Shown: positions 1 to 10,026 of the stretch, one piece after another
How the letters are laid out: each line of letters opens with the position of its first letter
Numbering within the stretch: the stretch's first letter is position 1
DNA from: Truepera sp.
GTDB lineage: Bacteria; Deinococcota; Deinococci; Deinococcales; Trueperaceae
Reading direction: 5' to 3'
Assembly (NCBI GenBank): GCA_965218435.1
Contig: CBDCKW010000009.1
Coordinates: 2,624,001-2,688,000, forward strand
Length of the DNA stretch: 64,000 nucleotides
Made by a program: the position numbers and the translations under genes
The notes under the pieces: generated by a model
The model's input: only the letters and a program-made list of their open reading frames with translations
What the model was told of the DNA's origin: nothing
The model's database searches: none

Positions 1-247
1 AGACAATGTTCAAAGGGGTTTACCTGGTCATGCTCATGCAGGCAAACATCTTCTTGTCTAGCTTATACAACAAAGCACGTTCTGGACAAGGTTGCTAAAG
101 AATTGTCGTGTACTCGGGTAAAGTTGTACACATAATGAAAACGAAGTGCGAAACCTTGATAATAAATCTGAGCAATCTCTAAATCATGTAAGAATACCCC
201 GCGTCATCCTTTAACGCGGAGTGTCAATTCAAGTTGCGCTTTGCTTC

Positions 248-1402
248 TTACTTTTGCGGCCACTCCGGGTTCGGCACAAAGTCGGTTGGGTCAAGGTCGT
301 AGCGCCCCACGTCTTTTTCGTGCTTGACGATCTTGCCGTAAACACGCTGCACGTCACCCTCAACAAGCCCGTAATCAAAGGTGTCCCAGATGGCGGTCTG
401 ATGGCTGCCGTCGTCGTTTTTGGTCGGGACGATACGGCCTTTTTTGATGCCTTCCTCGAGCTTTTTCCGACTCTCGATCCCGAGGTTGCGAAATACCACC
501 TGCACCACGTCGCGGGCGTACTCGCGGGGGCCGTAAATCCCGGCTTTATACACCGCGTAGTTAAACTGATCCCAGTCAGGGACGATGTTGTTGGCGGGCA
601 TCGTAAAGTGGGTGATTACATCTTGAATAGCCTCTAAGGTGCGCTGCGGGTAGTAGTACAAAAACAGCCGGACGCCCTCTAAAAAGAAGTTGTAGTGCGC
701 GGCTTCGTCTACGGCAATGGTTTGCGCAACGCGGGCCAGCACCGGGTCGGCGTCGTCTTTGTGCTGCGGTTTGTCCGATTTGCCGTTGGCGATCTTCAAG
801 AGGTTTAGGTAGTTGAGCTGCGTGGCGCGTTCTTGAAACACCGTGTAGACGAGGTTACGGAGGGCGTCGCCTTCCCAGAGGCTACGGTGAACCGAGGAGC
901 GCAAATCTTCTTTGTACGACTCGATAAACTCGGGGCTGCGCTGCTGTGAAAAGAGGAGCGAGTTCTCCCAGGTGTCGGCGTGTTTTTCCTCTTCGGAACC
1001 CCAGCGCAGCTGAAAGTGGCTGCGGCCGTGGCTGCGGCGGACCAAGTTCAAAATCTCGTCTACATAGTCCGGGGTAAAGTATTCGACAGCAAAAAAGCCC
1101 TGCAAAATCTGCATCAGCGGTTCGGAAAAATCTTTACGAAGTTTGCGCCAATCAAACGATTTGTCCGGGTTCCAGTTGCGCGTCTCTTGGCTGCGAGCGG
1201 TGTACCAGCGGTACAGCCCTAAAAAGCCGCGTTCGATGAGGCGGTCTTTTTCCTGGCGGCTTAAGAGACCGGCTGGCGTCTGCGAGCGAAGGTCGTCTAA
1301 GATATTTTTTGGCGGTACAATCAGGTCAATCAAGGAAAACTCCTTAGCTTGCGTTGTCTTGAACAGTGTTGCTGGAAACGGTGTCGTTGCAAACAGTGTC
1401 AC
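248..1402 (-). CDS. Acyl-ACP desaturase family (ferritin-like di-iron) protein
   Basis: Paired EXXH motifs (EEEKH, DEAAH), YTVFQERATQ and FTMPA segments typical of soluble acyl-ACP desaturases. Confidence 0.8.
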   Translation of the reverse strand: MTLFATTPFPATLFKTTQAKEFSLIDLIVPPKNILDDLRSQTPAGLLSRQEKDRLIERGFLGLYRWYTARSQETRNWNPDKSFDWRKLRKDFSEPLMQILQGFFAVEYFTPDYVDEILNLVRRSHGRSHFQLRWGSEEEKHADTWENSLLFSQQRSPEFIESYKEDLRSSVHRSLWEGDALRNLVYTVFQERATQLNYLNLLKIANGKSDKPQHKDDADPVLARVAQTIAVDEAAHYNFFLEGVRLFLYYYPQRTLEAIQDVITHFTMPANNIVPDWDQFNYAVYKAGIYGPREYARDVVQVVFRNLGIESRKKLEEGIKKGRIVPTKNDDGSHQTAIWDTFDYGLVEGDVQRVYGKIVKHEKDVGRYDLDPTDFVPNPEWPQK

Positions 1403-1574
1403 GTGTTGTCAACGGGATGGCTAAGTCTAACAAATTAACGGTTGCCACCAAGACGATAGTCTTACAGTTTACCTCAATATGGGACGTTGATACCCAAAGT
1501 TTAAGCGTCTTCTCAGGCTTTCTACATGCGTTTCTTTAATTTCGTCGGCGTTAGGTAAGTGTGATAGGCGCAAG

Positions 1575-2735
1575 CTAAGCTGAGTAGTTCCGTACAACCC
1601 GCACGCCTAAACGTACCAGAAGCTCATAAGAGATGGTTCCGGCAGCCTGACCTAAGTCTTCTGCCGTGGGGCCGTCAGGTCCAAAGATCACGGCCCTATC
1701 CCCGACTTGGACGTCTAAGTTACTGACGTCGATCATCAACTGATCCATACACACACGCCCGACGATGGGGCGGCGCTGGCCGCACACTTGGACCTGCGCG
1801 GCAGGCTGGGTGCTGAGCACTCTGGGATACCCGTCGGCGTAGCCAAAACGCACCGTCGCCACCGCTGTATCTTCTGGGGCCGTCCAAAGTGCGCCGTAAG
1901 AGACGCTTTGCCCTTTTTGAACGCGTTTGACAAATGTCACGGGGGCGCTGAGGGTCATCACGGGTGTGAGGTCGGGGGCGAGCGTGGCGCTGTGGGGGCT
2001 CGAGCTGTACCCGTAGAGCGCGATCCCCGGCCGCACCAAATCGAAGTGGGATTCAGGATAGGCGAGTGTCGCCGCAGAGTTGGCGGTGTGTTTGAGCGGT
2101 ACCTGAATCCCGGCGTGCTTCAAAGCCGAAACCGCCTCGTGAAACTGTGCGAGTTGCGCCTCGGTATAGCCTGGGTCGGGTTCGTCTGAGCAGGCAAAGT
2201 GTGTCCAGAGGCCCTCGAGCTCGACTCCAGGCAGCTTGTCCAACAGTTTGGCCGTCGCTAACGTCGCTGCTGTGCCGCCGCCCAAACGCCCCATGCCGGT
2301 ATCTACTTTGAGGTGAACACGCGCACTCTGGTTTGCTTGTGCTGCGGCCCGACCTGCGGCTTCGGCGCTGCGGACGTCCCCAACGCTTAAGGTGATGTCG
2401 TGCGCTAACAGCTCTTCTAAACCTTGATAGACCGGAATAAAGACGAGGATGCGGCCCCCCACGCCCCCGGCACGCAGCCCCAACGCCTCCTCAGGCGTTG
2501 CGACGCCGAACCACCCCACGCCGAAGGTCTCCAAATGCTTAGCTGTCTCTACCGCGCCGTGACCGTAAGCGTTGGCTTTGACCGGCGCTAAAATCTCCGT
2601 TCCCGGACGCAGCCGCGACCGCAGCGCCGCGACGTTCTGACTGAGCGCCGTAAGCGAAACGGTCGCGTGAGGTGCGCCGGAGTGTAAAGAATCAAGGTGT
2701 AGGGGAGACGTTTGCGACATGATCCTATGCAGCAT
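1575..2735 (-). CDS. alr: Alanine racemase (start may be ATG at 2720)
   Basis: PLP lysine motif VKANAYGHG, HLKVDTGMGRLG, GYADG, GRVCMDQ, GTISYE. Confidence 0.95.
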   Translation of the reverse strand: MLHRIMSQTSPLHLDSLHSGAPHATVSLTALSQNVAALRSRLRPGTEILAPVKANAYGHGAVETAKHLETFGVGWFGVATPEEALGLRAGGVGGRILVFIPVYQGLEELLAHDITLSVGDVRSAEAAGRAAAQANQSARVHLKVDTGMGRLGGGTAATLATAKLLDKLPGVELEGLWTHFACSDEPDPGYTEAQLAQFHEAVSALKHAGIQVPLKHTANSAATLAYPESHFDLVRPGIALYGYSSSPHSATLAPDLTPVMTLSAPVTFVKRVQKGQSVSYGALWTAPEDTAVATVRFGYADGYPRVLSTQPAAQVQVCGQRRPIVGRVCMDQLMIDVSNLDVQVGDRAVIFGPDGPTAEDLGQAAGTISYELLVRLGVRVVRNYSA

Positions 2736-2788
2736 ACCGTTTCTATACGCCGTAGCTTTACGGAGGCCGCAACAGTGTAATTTTTATG

Positions 2789-3844
2789 GGCTTTGTTGCA
2801 TAAATGCCCCAACCGAGCTAGCTGCGCTTATCGTCGTCGGTACAGCTCAGGTTACGAGGTAACTTTGCGGCTTAGCCAGCTGAATCATCTTATTAAGAGC
2901 TTTGCACTTGAGCTTGAGTTCAACGACTTGGTTTTTGAAGCAGCGGGAAGAGGCTTGAGCGGTAAAGGTTGTTTTGAAGCGAAACATGGTGGTTTCAGCT
3001 AAGGAGCGGCGGTGATAGTGGCATAAACGTTTCCACTTTTTACGTCCGTGCTTTCTGATCGCACGCAGGTTTTCGTCTCTAGGATGAGGTGCTTGCTTGC
3101 AGTTGCCGTGTTGCCAAATCTTGGCGTCCTTACGTGGTGCAATGGCGGCTTTGACATTACGCTCACTAAGTAGGTCATAGCAGCTTCTCTGATCGTAGGC
3201 ACCATCAGCACCAACTTGTTCGATGTTCGCTTCAACTAGCTCAAGCAGCGGCTCCAAAAGCTGACCATCCTTCTTGTCATTGCGCGTCACCTCGGCTGCT
3301 AGGATTTCACCACTGGTTTCATCTACCGCTAGATGCAATTTGCGCCAAGTGCGACGCTTGCTCGCCCCATGTTGTCTAGTCTTCCATTCCCCTTCACCGT
3401 AAATCTTGATGCCAGTCGCGTCGATGACGACGTATCTAGCACCCTCTCTAGGCAGAACAGGCAGTTTGACCTCCAAGCTGGCTAGGCGTCTTGACACCGT
3501 GCTATGTTCCGGTACCCGTAAGTCAACCTCATCAGATCAAAGATGGCTGTGACCATGCCCGTTGCTTGACGTCCTGCTAAGCCGTAAACGCTTTTGATGA
3601 CGGTGACAGTCTCAACCGCTACGTCACTGTACTTGCGGCTCGCGCCACGTCGCCCCGTCTTTTTGGTATTGAACCACTGCGCTATGACCGCCTCATCCAG
3701 CCAAAAGGTAAGACTACCTCGCTGTTTTAAGCCTGCGTTATACTCGCTCCAGTTGCGGATTTTGTAGCTGTTTCGTTTTTTGCTTACACACCGAACTTAA
3801 TATCTGCTATCCGCAACCTTTTTGGCTATTTGTGCAACAACACC
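2789..3844 (-). mobile_element. IS5 family (IS903 group) insertion sequence, 1056 bp, inactivated
   Basis: 17-bp imperfect terminal inverted repeats GGCTTTGTTGCATAAAT (2789-2805) and ATTTGTGCAACAACACC (3828-3844); DDE transposase inside; flanking 9-mers differ, so no target duplication. Confidence 0.9.
2847..3787 (-). pseudogene. IS903-type transposase, frameshifted near 3530
   Basis: N-terminal frame YKIRNWSEYNAGLKQRGSLTFW shifts by one base into the frame DLRVPEHSTVSRR...IDATG...WRKLHLAVD...ADGAYD...YHRRSLAET; likely start codon reads GTA. Confidence 0.85.
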
Positions 3845-4024
3845 ACGCCGCATCCGAAGTTCTGCGCGTTACGAAAACTCGAGACTAGCCTCAGCTTGCT
3901 CGAGCTGAGGGCGAACTTTACCTGACTTGAACGAGTTTCGCTTCGTCGCAGAACCGCTCCCGGTCAAGCTACCGACAGCCAAGCCAAAGCTCTCGATTCA
4001 ACCTGTGCTTTTTGAGGCGACGAA

Positions 4025-5017
4025 ATGACCGCTGACATCCAAGCCCTCAAAAATGCCGTTCCATTCCCGGAACTCGTCAGCGAAACACACATTATCGGAC
4101 GTGACGGTAAGGTGCTGTGCCCCGCTTATAGCGACACGCGGCCCTCATGCCATGTTTACCCTGACGGCTGGAAATGCTTCAGCTGCGGTGCTCACGGTGA
4201 CGTGCTCGACTGGCTCGAGCTAGTCCATAATTTGAGCTTTACTGAAGCGACTGAAGCACTACAGAGACGCGCCGGGATGTACCCCCCGGTTAGCGAGCGC
4301 CCGGTTAAGGTTAAGAAACCGGCCCCAACATTCAAGGTTGTTGACGAAAACATACTCGAGGCTCACCGCCGCCGCGCCGCTCAGCTTGACCGCGTGCCCC
4401 TTGCGCTGAAGGAGCGCGGGTTCAATCTGAACGATTTGAAACGCTTAGGAATTGCAGCCTACGGCCCGGATGCCGTCCTACCTATCACCGGCCCGGATGG
4501 AACGACACTCGCACTCAAAAAACGCTTTGCCGAGCCCTACGAAGGGCAACGCTACCGCTACGTTGTACCGGGACACGGCACGCCCGCATGGTGCTCACCC
4601 GGATTTTTAGACCACGACCGGCTGTTCCTCTGTGAAGGCGAATTGAACGGAACGATTTGCTCTTTGGTCTGTCCTGAAATCGGAGTCATGGCAACTGCCG
4701 GGACATCCGGCGCTTTACATCTGGAAGCTCTACGGGGCCGCACCGTTTACGTCTACGCCGATGCCGACGCTACAGGTCAGGCCGCCCGTGATGAATGGGC
4801 ATCGTCGGCGCTTTCGGCGGGCGCTGCAAAGGTGTTTGTGCTCGAGGCTTGGTCTGCTGATGCCTGCGACTTTGCCGGACAGAGCGGACGTTCTGCACTT
4901 CGGGGGCTGCTCATCCGTAGCCTCGAGACTGCAAAAGCTTTTGACCCCACATTTACCGAACAGCCCCCATTTAACGAACACGGTAGTTCGTCAAATAAAA
5001 GCCCGTGGGGTTACTGA
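4025..5017 (+). CDS. DnaG-like primase (CHC2-type zinc finger plus TOPRIM)
   Basis: CPAY...WKCFSCGAHGD zinc finger (His ligand position is Tyr); TOPRIM LCEGELN and YADADATG. Confidence 0.8.
   Translation: MTADIQALKNAVPFPELVSETHIIGRDGKVLCPAYSDTRPSCHVYPDGWKCFSCGAHGDVLDWLELVHNLSFTEATEALQRRAGMYPPVSERPVKVKKPAPTFKVVDENILEAHRRRAAQLDRVPLALKERGFNLNDLKRLGIAAYGPDAVLPITGPDGTTLALKKRFAEPYEGQRYRYVVPGHGTPAWCSPGFLDHDRLFLCEGELNGTICSLVCPEIGVMATAGTSGALHLEALRGRTVYVYADADATGQAARDEWASSALSAGAAKVFVLEAWSADACDFAGQSGRSALRGLLIRSLETAKAFDPTFTEQPPFNEHGSSSNKSPWGY
4969..4996. repeat. Palindrome ATTTAACGAAC-N6-GTTCGTCAAAT (copy 1)
   Basis: 11-bp arms with one mismatch; related half-site at 4951-4961. Confidence 0.8.
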
Positions 5018-6252
5018 TGGCAGTCAACAAGTTGGAACTCCCAATCGTGCCGCCTAAAGCGTCGTGGGCCGTGACCAACATCTTTCCGGTAGGCCACACA
5101 TCTATGCTTTACGCTCCTGCTGGAGTCGGCAAAACCCGCATCGTGTCTTACCTGGCAGCGCAGATGACAAGACCATATCCGAACGGGCTTTTTCTAGGGC
5201 ACGAGGTACGCGGGGGCCGTGTCGTCATCTTAGATGCAGACGACCCGACTGGCTACGGCTATGCAGTCTGGCTTAACCGCTTTCTAGCAGCTCATGCTGA
5301 CACACGCCGCGAGCTGATAGACCTCCGTTCTATCACCGGAGGGCTCACCCCTGAAGATGTCGCCAAACTTCAGGATGAACTGAAGGGCAAACCGCCGCGC
5401 CTTATCGTCATAGACACCTTCGCATCTGCCTTTGTCGGGCTCGACATCCTAAGAGCGCACCACGTACAGCTTGCGCTTGTGGGGCTGGCACAGCTAGCCA
5501 AAGATTTGAACTGTGCCGTGCTCATCCTTGACCACGTATGCAAGTTGCAACCCGGTCAAACGGTAGCGAGTAAAGGCCCTTACGGTGCGGCTAAGACCTT
5601 CAGCCCCCGCGCTGTGTTTGCACTTTCCAGAGTGCCACCTAAAGAAGTAGAGGGCCGGGACATCCTGAAACTGGAATGTACCAAGATGAGCTACGCCCCA
5701 GAACCGCCGCCCAAAGGGGTAGAAATCACCCTCGAGCAAAACGACACCGTAGCCCGTGCCAAGCTTGCCGACCTACCCGGCAAGACAATGTTAGAGGATG
5801 CGGTCAAGGCGATAGAGGACAAACTCAAGTCAGCACAAGGCGAGCATGTACCTCGGAAACTACTGCTTAACGCTGCTGTTGAGAAGGTGAACATCACCCA
5901 GCGGTATGCAGAGAAAGCACTCGACAAGCTTATAGATGAATTGGGCAACCGGCTCGAGGTCATCACCTTACCGGCTAAAGGGAGCCCCAAGGCTTATAGG
6001 TATGTGTTGAGTTCGTCAAATGACAAGATTAGCGTCCCTGACGGTGAATCATTTGACGAACAGCTTAGTTCGTCAAATGAACCTTATGACCGTTTGCGTT
6101 CCAGACTTGAGCGGGGAGATTGGGCGGTTCCGAGTGCTGAGAGGCTACTCGACTACTACCGCCGCGCCGATGATGGCAACAGCTCAGCACAGACCGCGAT
6201 AGACGATTACCTAAAGAACCCTCAAGTCGTTCAGGCTCCCGAGGTCAACTGA
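5005..6252 (+). CDS. AAA_25/RepA-type (RecA-fold) replicative helicase; probable start ATG 5017
   Basis: Walker A APAGVGKT, Walker B LIVIDT, VLILDH motif; overlaps primase stop (TGATG). Confidence 0.8.
   Translation: MGLLMAVNKLELPIVPPKASWAVTNIFPVGHTSMLYAPAGVGKTRIVSYLAAQMTRPYPNGLFLGHEVRGGRVVILDADDPTGYGYAVWLNRFLAAHADTRRELIDLRSITGGLTPEDVAKLQDELKGKPPRLIVIDTFASAFVGLDILRAHHVQLALVGLAQLAKDLNCAVLILDHVCKLQPGQTVASKGPYGAAKTFSPRAVFALSRVPPKEVEGRDILKLECTKMSYAPEPPPKGVEITLEQNDTVARAKLADLPGKTMLEDAVKAIEDKLKSAQGEHVPRKLLLNAAVEKVNITQRYAEKALDKLIDELGNRLEVITLPAKGSPKAYRYVLSSSNDKISVPDGESFDEQLSSSNEPYDRLRSRLERGDWAVPSAERLLDYYRRADDGNSSAQTAIDDYLKNPQVVQAPEVN
6051..6078. repeat. Palindrome ATTTGACGAAC-N6-GTTCGTCAAAT (copy 2)
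   Basis: Perfect 11-bp inverted repeat; extra half-site at 6011-6021. Confidence 0.85.
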
Positions 6253-6461
6253 GATGCCTCATCCGATTGATACCTACCTTGACGCGCAGCTCAGGACGCT
6301 CGAGCATCTTTATGCCCAGCACTGTCCTACCTGAAACTCAACACGCCCGTCGCCTCGTTCGCCACGTTCACTTTCACAAACAGCGAGGACTAACACCTCT
6401 TAAGCGCCGTTACCTGCTTGCCGACATCCGGGCTATGACCCACATCTTGAAAGGGAAAATC

Positions 6462-6900
6462 ATGAACCACAACCTTGACGAAATCCACACCGCACTTGAT
6501 TCCGCTACTGCCGACCTTGCTTTGAAACCGCCGCATCACCCTCGAGGCTGAACTTAGTGGCCTCGCAACTCAGGAAGCCGGTGTACTGAAGCAACTCGCG
6601 CCCCTTCAGGCCGAACTTCAGCGCCTTGAGCCACCCGCACCCGCCCCACGCCCCCAAGATGTTGAGCGTCTTGGGCAACTCACGGCAATCCTGCACTCGA
6701 AACTCGCAAAGACCCCGCGAAACTCACCCACCGCTGCACGGGTCAGGGAGCAGCTCCCTCGTCTTAACGACGAAACCGTTTCCGTTCACGACCGCCTGGG
6801 TATCGCCAAAGGCTTGATGTCTGAACTCAGCGACTGGTATCAGCGTGACCGTCAGGTTTGGGACCTTGCTGAAGGTCGTGCTGCCCAAAGGCTCCGCTAA
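6462..6900 (+). pseudogene. Frameshifted coiled-coil protein of the element
   Basis: MNHNLDEIHTALDSATADLALK shifts near 6527 into a long open frame RRITLEAELSGLATQE...AAQRLR, ending TAA 2 bp before the next start. Confidence 0.55.
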
Positions 6901-6902
6901 CC

Positions 6903-7379
6903 GTGCCCCGTGTTTGCACCGTTTGTAACCATAGCCAACGGGCAGAAATTGAGCAGCTGCTACTTGAAAACGAACCTTTGCGGGACGTAGCGGGACGCTA
7001 CCGGGTTTCTAAATCGGCTCTGGAGAGGCACAAAAAGGCGCACATCCCTTTAGCCTTAGTGAAAGCTCAGAACGCTGCTGAAGCTGCCCAAGCCGACACG
7101 CTACTCGAGCAGGTGCAACACCTTAAGGCTCGAGCCTTAACCATCCTCGACAAAGCTGAAGGGGCAGGCGACTTAAAGACTGCTCTCTCAGCAATTCGGG
7201 AAGCCCGGAACACGCTAGAGCTGCTGGCTAAACTCATGGGTGAGCTTGACGAAAGCCCGACCATCAATCTTGTGAGCGTCCCGGAATGGCTCAACTTACG
7301 CGCCGTCGTCATTCAAGCGTTGCTACCCTTTCCGGCAGCTGCGAAAGCTGTAGTAGAAGCCCTTCATGAATCTCCGTAG
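6903..7379 (+). CDS. Putative terminase small subunit (CxxCxH plus HTH, helical C-terminus)
   Basis: CTVCNH, HTH-like LRDVAGRYRVSKSALERH; sits directly upstream of and overlaps the terminase ATPase. Confidence 0.55.
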   Translation: MPRVCTVCNHSQRAEIEQLLLENEPLRDVAGRYRVSKSALERHKKAHIPLALVKAQNAAEAAQADTLLEQVQHLKARALTILDKAEGAGDLKTALSAIREARNTLELLAKLMGELDESPTINLVSVPEWLNLRAVVIQALLPFPAAAKAVVEALHESP

Positions 7380-8124
7380 CGATTTAAGATTTGCCCTGTC
7401 ACCGGCTGACTTTGCCTCTGAGCTGCTAGGACTCGAGCTTGACCCCTGGCAACGCGGTGTTTTGGAAAGCATCGGCAAAAGAGACATCTTGAACATCACG
7501 CGGCAGGGGGGCAAAAGCACTGTGTCGGCTGTTCTGGCTTTACACCAAGCCCTGTACCGACCCGGCTCACTCTCTATTTTGGTCAGCCCGTCACAACGTC
7601 AGAGCGGCGAACTTTTCCGTAAGTGTCTCGAGTTCAAAGCACGCTTACCTCGTCAGCCCGACCTGGTAGAAGATTCCAAGACTTCACTCAACCTCGTCTC
7701 CGGGGGCCGAATCGTGAGCCTACCCGGTAGTGAGGCCACGGTCAGAGGTTTTAGTGCAGCAAACCTGATTATCGCGGATGAGGCGGCACGAATTGACGAC
7801 AGCCTTTATCTGGCGATTCGTCCGATGTTGGCAACCTCAAACGGCAGGCTGATACTGATGTCAACACCGTTTGGCCGTCGTGGTTTCTTTTGGCGTGAAT
7901 GGGACACAGGCGTGAACTGGAACCGGGTTGAGGTTCCTGCTACGTCTATACCCCGCATCTCGGCAGCGTTCCTAGCAGAGGAACGTGCATCTATGCCTGC
8001 ACTTTGGTACTCACAAGAATACTGCTGCGTCTTCGGAGAAAATACCGACAGCGTTTTTGCCTATGCCGACGTACAAAACGCCTTATCAGATGACATACAA
8101 CCGCTCTTTGGAGGTAGCTTATGA
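7366..8124 (+). CDS. Terminase large subunit, ATPase domain only
   Basis: LDPWQ adenine motif, Walker A TRQGGKS, VRG, Walker B IIADEAA, coupling motif LMSTPFG, QEYCCVF. Confidence 0.85.
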   Translation: MNLRSDLRFALSPADFASELLGLELDPWQRGVLESIGKRDILNITRQGGKSTVSAVLALHQALYRPGSLSILVSPSQRQSGELFRKCLEFKARLPRQPDLVEDSKTSLNLVSGGRIVSLPGSEATVRGFSAANLIIADEAARIDDSLYLAIRPMLATSNGRLILMSTPFGRRGFFWREWDTGVNWNRVEVPATSIPRISAAFLAEERASMPALWYSQEYCCVFGENTDSVFAYADVQNALSDDIQPLFGGSL

Positions 8125-8840
8125 CTCAGCAAACGAAGCAACCCGCCGCTGTAGCGCCGGTACTACCGCCGCCTGTTTATCTCTTAGGCGTTGACCTGGC
8201 ACAATCCGCTGATTTCACCGCGCTAGTCGTGCTTGAGTGCTCGTTCGTTGATACCGGCAAAGTTGAGAACGGCCTGCCCAGCATGACCGTCAGACTGCCG
8301 AGCGGACGCTCTTACGGGGGTGAGTCTCGCACCCGTCCGGTCTATGAACACCACTACGCTTGCCGTCACCTCGAGCGATTACCACGGGGTACGCCCTACC
8401 CGGCTCAGGTTGCAAGGATTAAGCAGCTATCGGATGAACTCACCAAGACCACTGGAACGACGCCGCGCCTGGTAGCTGACGCGACCGGCGTTGGTAGGCC
8501 GGTTTTGGACATGCTGCGCTCTGCTGGACTCTCACCAGCTGCAATTACGATTACCGGCGGCGATAACGTTTCACAAGATGGGCTCGACTACCGCGTTCCT
8601 AAAAGAGATTTGGTCTCCGTGATACAGGTGCTTTTGCAAAGTCAACGGCTGAAGATTGCCCGCGCCTTACCCGAAGCCGATACCCTCACCGCTGAACTCT
8701 TATCGTTCAAAGTGTCTATCAGACTGAAGGGTCATGATAGTTACGGAAACGATAAGGGCGAATGGCGCGAGAACCCGCATGATGATTTGGTTTTGGCGTG
8801 TTCACTCGCTGCTTGGTTTGGGGAGACGCAGCGGCGTTGA
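8121..8840 (+). CDS. Terminase large subunit, RNase H-like nuclease domain only
   Basis: LGVDLAQSADFTA, ADATGVGRPV, HDDLVLA; own SD (GGAGG) and ATGA overlap with the ATPase gene. Confidence 0.8.
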   Translation: MTQQTKQPAAVAPVLPPPVYLLGVDLAQSADFTALVVLECSFVDTGKVENGLPSMTVRLPSGRSYGGESRTRPVYEHHYACRHLERLPRGTPYPAQVARIKQLSDELTKTTGTTPRLVADATGVGRPVLDMLRSAGLSPAAITITGGDNVSQDGLDYRVPKRDLVSVIQVLLQSQRLKIARALPEADTLTAELLSFKVSIRLKGHDSYGNDKGEWRENPHDDLVLACSLAAWFGETQRR

Positions 8841-8864
8841 CGCTCATGTCAGTACGCATAAAAG

Positions 8865-8892
8865 AGCCCCGGCGCGTTGACCGGGGCTTCTC
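8865..8892. terminator. Terminator-like hairpin closing the terminase operon
   Basis: AGCCCCGG-N8-CCGGGGCT between convergent genes. Confidence 0.65.
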
Positions 8893-8906
8893 TGGTGTTG
8901 GGGAAC

Positions 8907-9245
8907 CTACGCCGCTTCTCGGTAGCTCTCTACCTCTAACATCCGCACCTGATACCAGCATAAATCCCACTCGAGCCGTGCCGGTTCAAAAGCACACCGG
9001 GCTTCTGTCAGCGCGTCCTCTGCCTCAGCTAAGGCGGTGTAGTCGGATGAAAGCTCGAGCCTAAGCTTAGTGGCCCGCTCCCGTTTGTTCCTGCCGTCAA
9101 CGCTTTCACACAGTTTTAGGGCTTCAGTGTGCTCGAGCGTCCGCTTAGCTTCAGCGTGGGCTGTGACCGCACCGCATAAGGTGATCTGGGCATCCTCTAG
9201 TCCGTTCTTAGCGGTTGTCAGTTGGGAGAGAAGAGGGGGCATCAT
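8907..9245 (-). CDS. Hypothetical helical protein of the element
   Basis: 112-aa ORF with SD; follows degraded small ORFs at about 9242-9608. Confidence 0.5.
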   Translation of the reverse strand: MMPPLLSQLTTAKNGLEDAQITLCGAVTAHAEAKRTLEHTEALKLCESVDGRNKRERATKLRLELSSDYTALAEAEDALTEARCAFEPARLEWDLCWYQVRMLEVESYREAA

Positions 9246-9772
9246 GCTGCCTCTCCCCAGAAGTCATAGTCAGGTACTTCGTCTTGGATGATTGGGGGCA
9301 GTTCATCGTCTGCCCCGTCGTCCTCTGCCGCTAGCTCACAGAGCTTGCAAGTCCTCTTCACGGTCGCTGTACATCTCAATATCTGCGAAGGTAAAGGGGC
9401 TCATTACAGAGCCCGCCTTGCGACACGTACCGCTTGATGGTGTACTTTACTTAGACACGAGGTTAAAGGCAGTGTCTAAAACCTCCCAGACGGTGCCCCA
9501 AGTCTGTAAGGAACCGACGATGTCGGAACCGCGTACTAAATCATACGCCTTGATAGGGGTGCGGTAGCTTGCGCCGTCTTGCTTGTGAAGGGTGATGGTA
9601 TTCTGCATTTTAATCTCCTACTTACGGGATTCTAAGGGGCTTGCTTTTGCGGGCTCTGCCCCTTAGTGACTTAATGGTACCATGAGCTTTGGTATATATC
9701 AAGTACCTTGTAATCCCTTTTACTTTGTAGTAGTATAGACACATGGTAATACAAAGCCCTAATATATAGGAC

Positions 9773-10024
9773 GTGAAAGACAAAGCCATTTGGAAACTCC
9801 CAGAGCTATTAAAGCGTGAGGGCATTACGCCCTATCGGTTGCATAAAGACATAGAAGCAAGTGAGGGCGGCAAAGCCTCACGCAACACGATTTATAGATG
9901 GTCTAACGAACTGCCAGACACGTTAGATGTAGCGCTACTTATGAGTGTGCTCTACGCGGTGCGTGCCCGAACGGGTAAGGCTTTAAGTGTGTGCGACTTG
10001 CTCGAGTATAGAGAAGAGGCTTAA
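9773..10024 (+). CDS. XRE/Cro-like HTH regulator
   Basis: LPELLKREGITPYRL...ASRNTIYRW...VCDLLEY; upstream of integrase, after an AT-rich divergent region. Confidence 0.75.
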   Translation: MKDKAIWKLPELLKREGITPYRLHKDIEASEGGKASRNTIYRWSNELPDTLDVALLMSVLYAVRARTGKALSVCDLLEYREEA

Positions 10025-10026
10025 AG

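Noticed and set aside
1..220. AT-rich left edge, possible gene tail
   Set aside because: Too short to assign.
6520..6535. Programmed frameshift in the coiled-coil gene
   Set aside because: No canonical slippery heptamer, and nearby genes carry similar indels, so decay or error is simpler.
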